From positions 7,006,001-7,070,000 of the forward strand of contig CM035355.1 of assembly GCA_020137815.1 (NCBI GenBank): 64,000 nucleotides of DNA, read 5' to 3'. This DNA is from Hormiphora californensis (taxonomy: Eukaryota > Animalia > Ctenophora). The position numbers and the translations under genes were made by a program. The notes under the pieces are model-generated. The model had not been told where the DNA came from, did not search any database, and worked only from the letters and a program-made list of their open reading frames with translations. This document shows positions 63,474 through 64,000 of this stretch, one piece after another. The first letter of the stretch is position 1. The number at the start of each line of letters is the position of its first letter.

Positions 63474-64000
63474 TGTAGCTAGGAAGTTGTTTGAGTGTTA
63501 GCTGTTGTCTATTTCCCAAACACATTTTTACTCTTTTGTATAAAAAAGCATGCAGATTGCAGGGCGCAGGCTTTGAAGCGAATCATGTAAACTATTTAAA
63601 ACGTAGAACTATCTACCAATCAGCACTACAGGCACAAATGTTCAACAGGTCCGTGACTTTCGAGAACAGTCACGACTCACGAAAAGAAAGTCGAAAAGGA
63701 AAAACGGAAAGTCCATTTTTATTCAACTGTTCACCCCTCAACTCGTGCGCGTGCGATATTTTAATTTACGCTGCGCGCGCTACACGCGCTGACTTGTCCA
63801 GCGCGGCGACGTTTTGTTGTGTAAAATTTCGCGCGTTCCATTAATTGCGTCGCGCATTATCACATATGATCAAGATAGATATCTCCATTCTCCAAATATT
63901 TTGTCACCTGCTTCCTCTTTTTTCTCGTAAACTTTTAAACTTTTTTAACACACTCTTCTAAACCGTCTCGACCGTTTTGTAAGCGGTTACACAATCCACA

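Overview
Intron-rich, microsatellite-rich eukaryotic (animal) DNA. Short introns, a nested antisense gene and splice acceptors just before start codons suggest a ctenophore-like genome; this is inference, not proven. Spliced genes rebuilt by hand: an orphan rhodopsin-class GPCR, a calmodulin-like protein, a MADF/BESS factor, IFT80, an intronless CFAP43, LAMP, a TERB1 orthologue, a papain-family protease nested antisense in a TERB1 intron, a RING/TRAF-Zn protein, an MGC-starting orphan and a C2+IPT protein. There is one 5'-truncated L2/CR1-group LINE and many MITEs. Main oddities: (1) a TTGTTGAGTAA-ended, 8-bp-TSD transposon family, seen as a 3.35-kb copy with a spliced transposase-like relic plus several 19-44 bp end-only footprints resembling P-element excision scars; (2) TERB1 apparently carrying two tandem telobox-Myb domains; (3) three poly-G-ended foldback elements with 6-bp TSDs and 10-bp-phased T-tracts; (4) two otherwise intact genes each broken by one extra base at a stop codon; (5) tight same-strand gene pairs suggesting operons resolved by trans-splicing.
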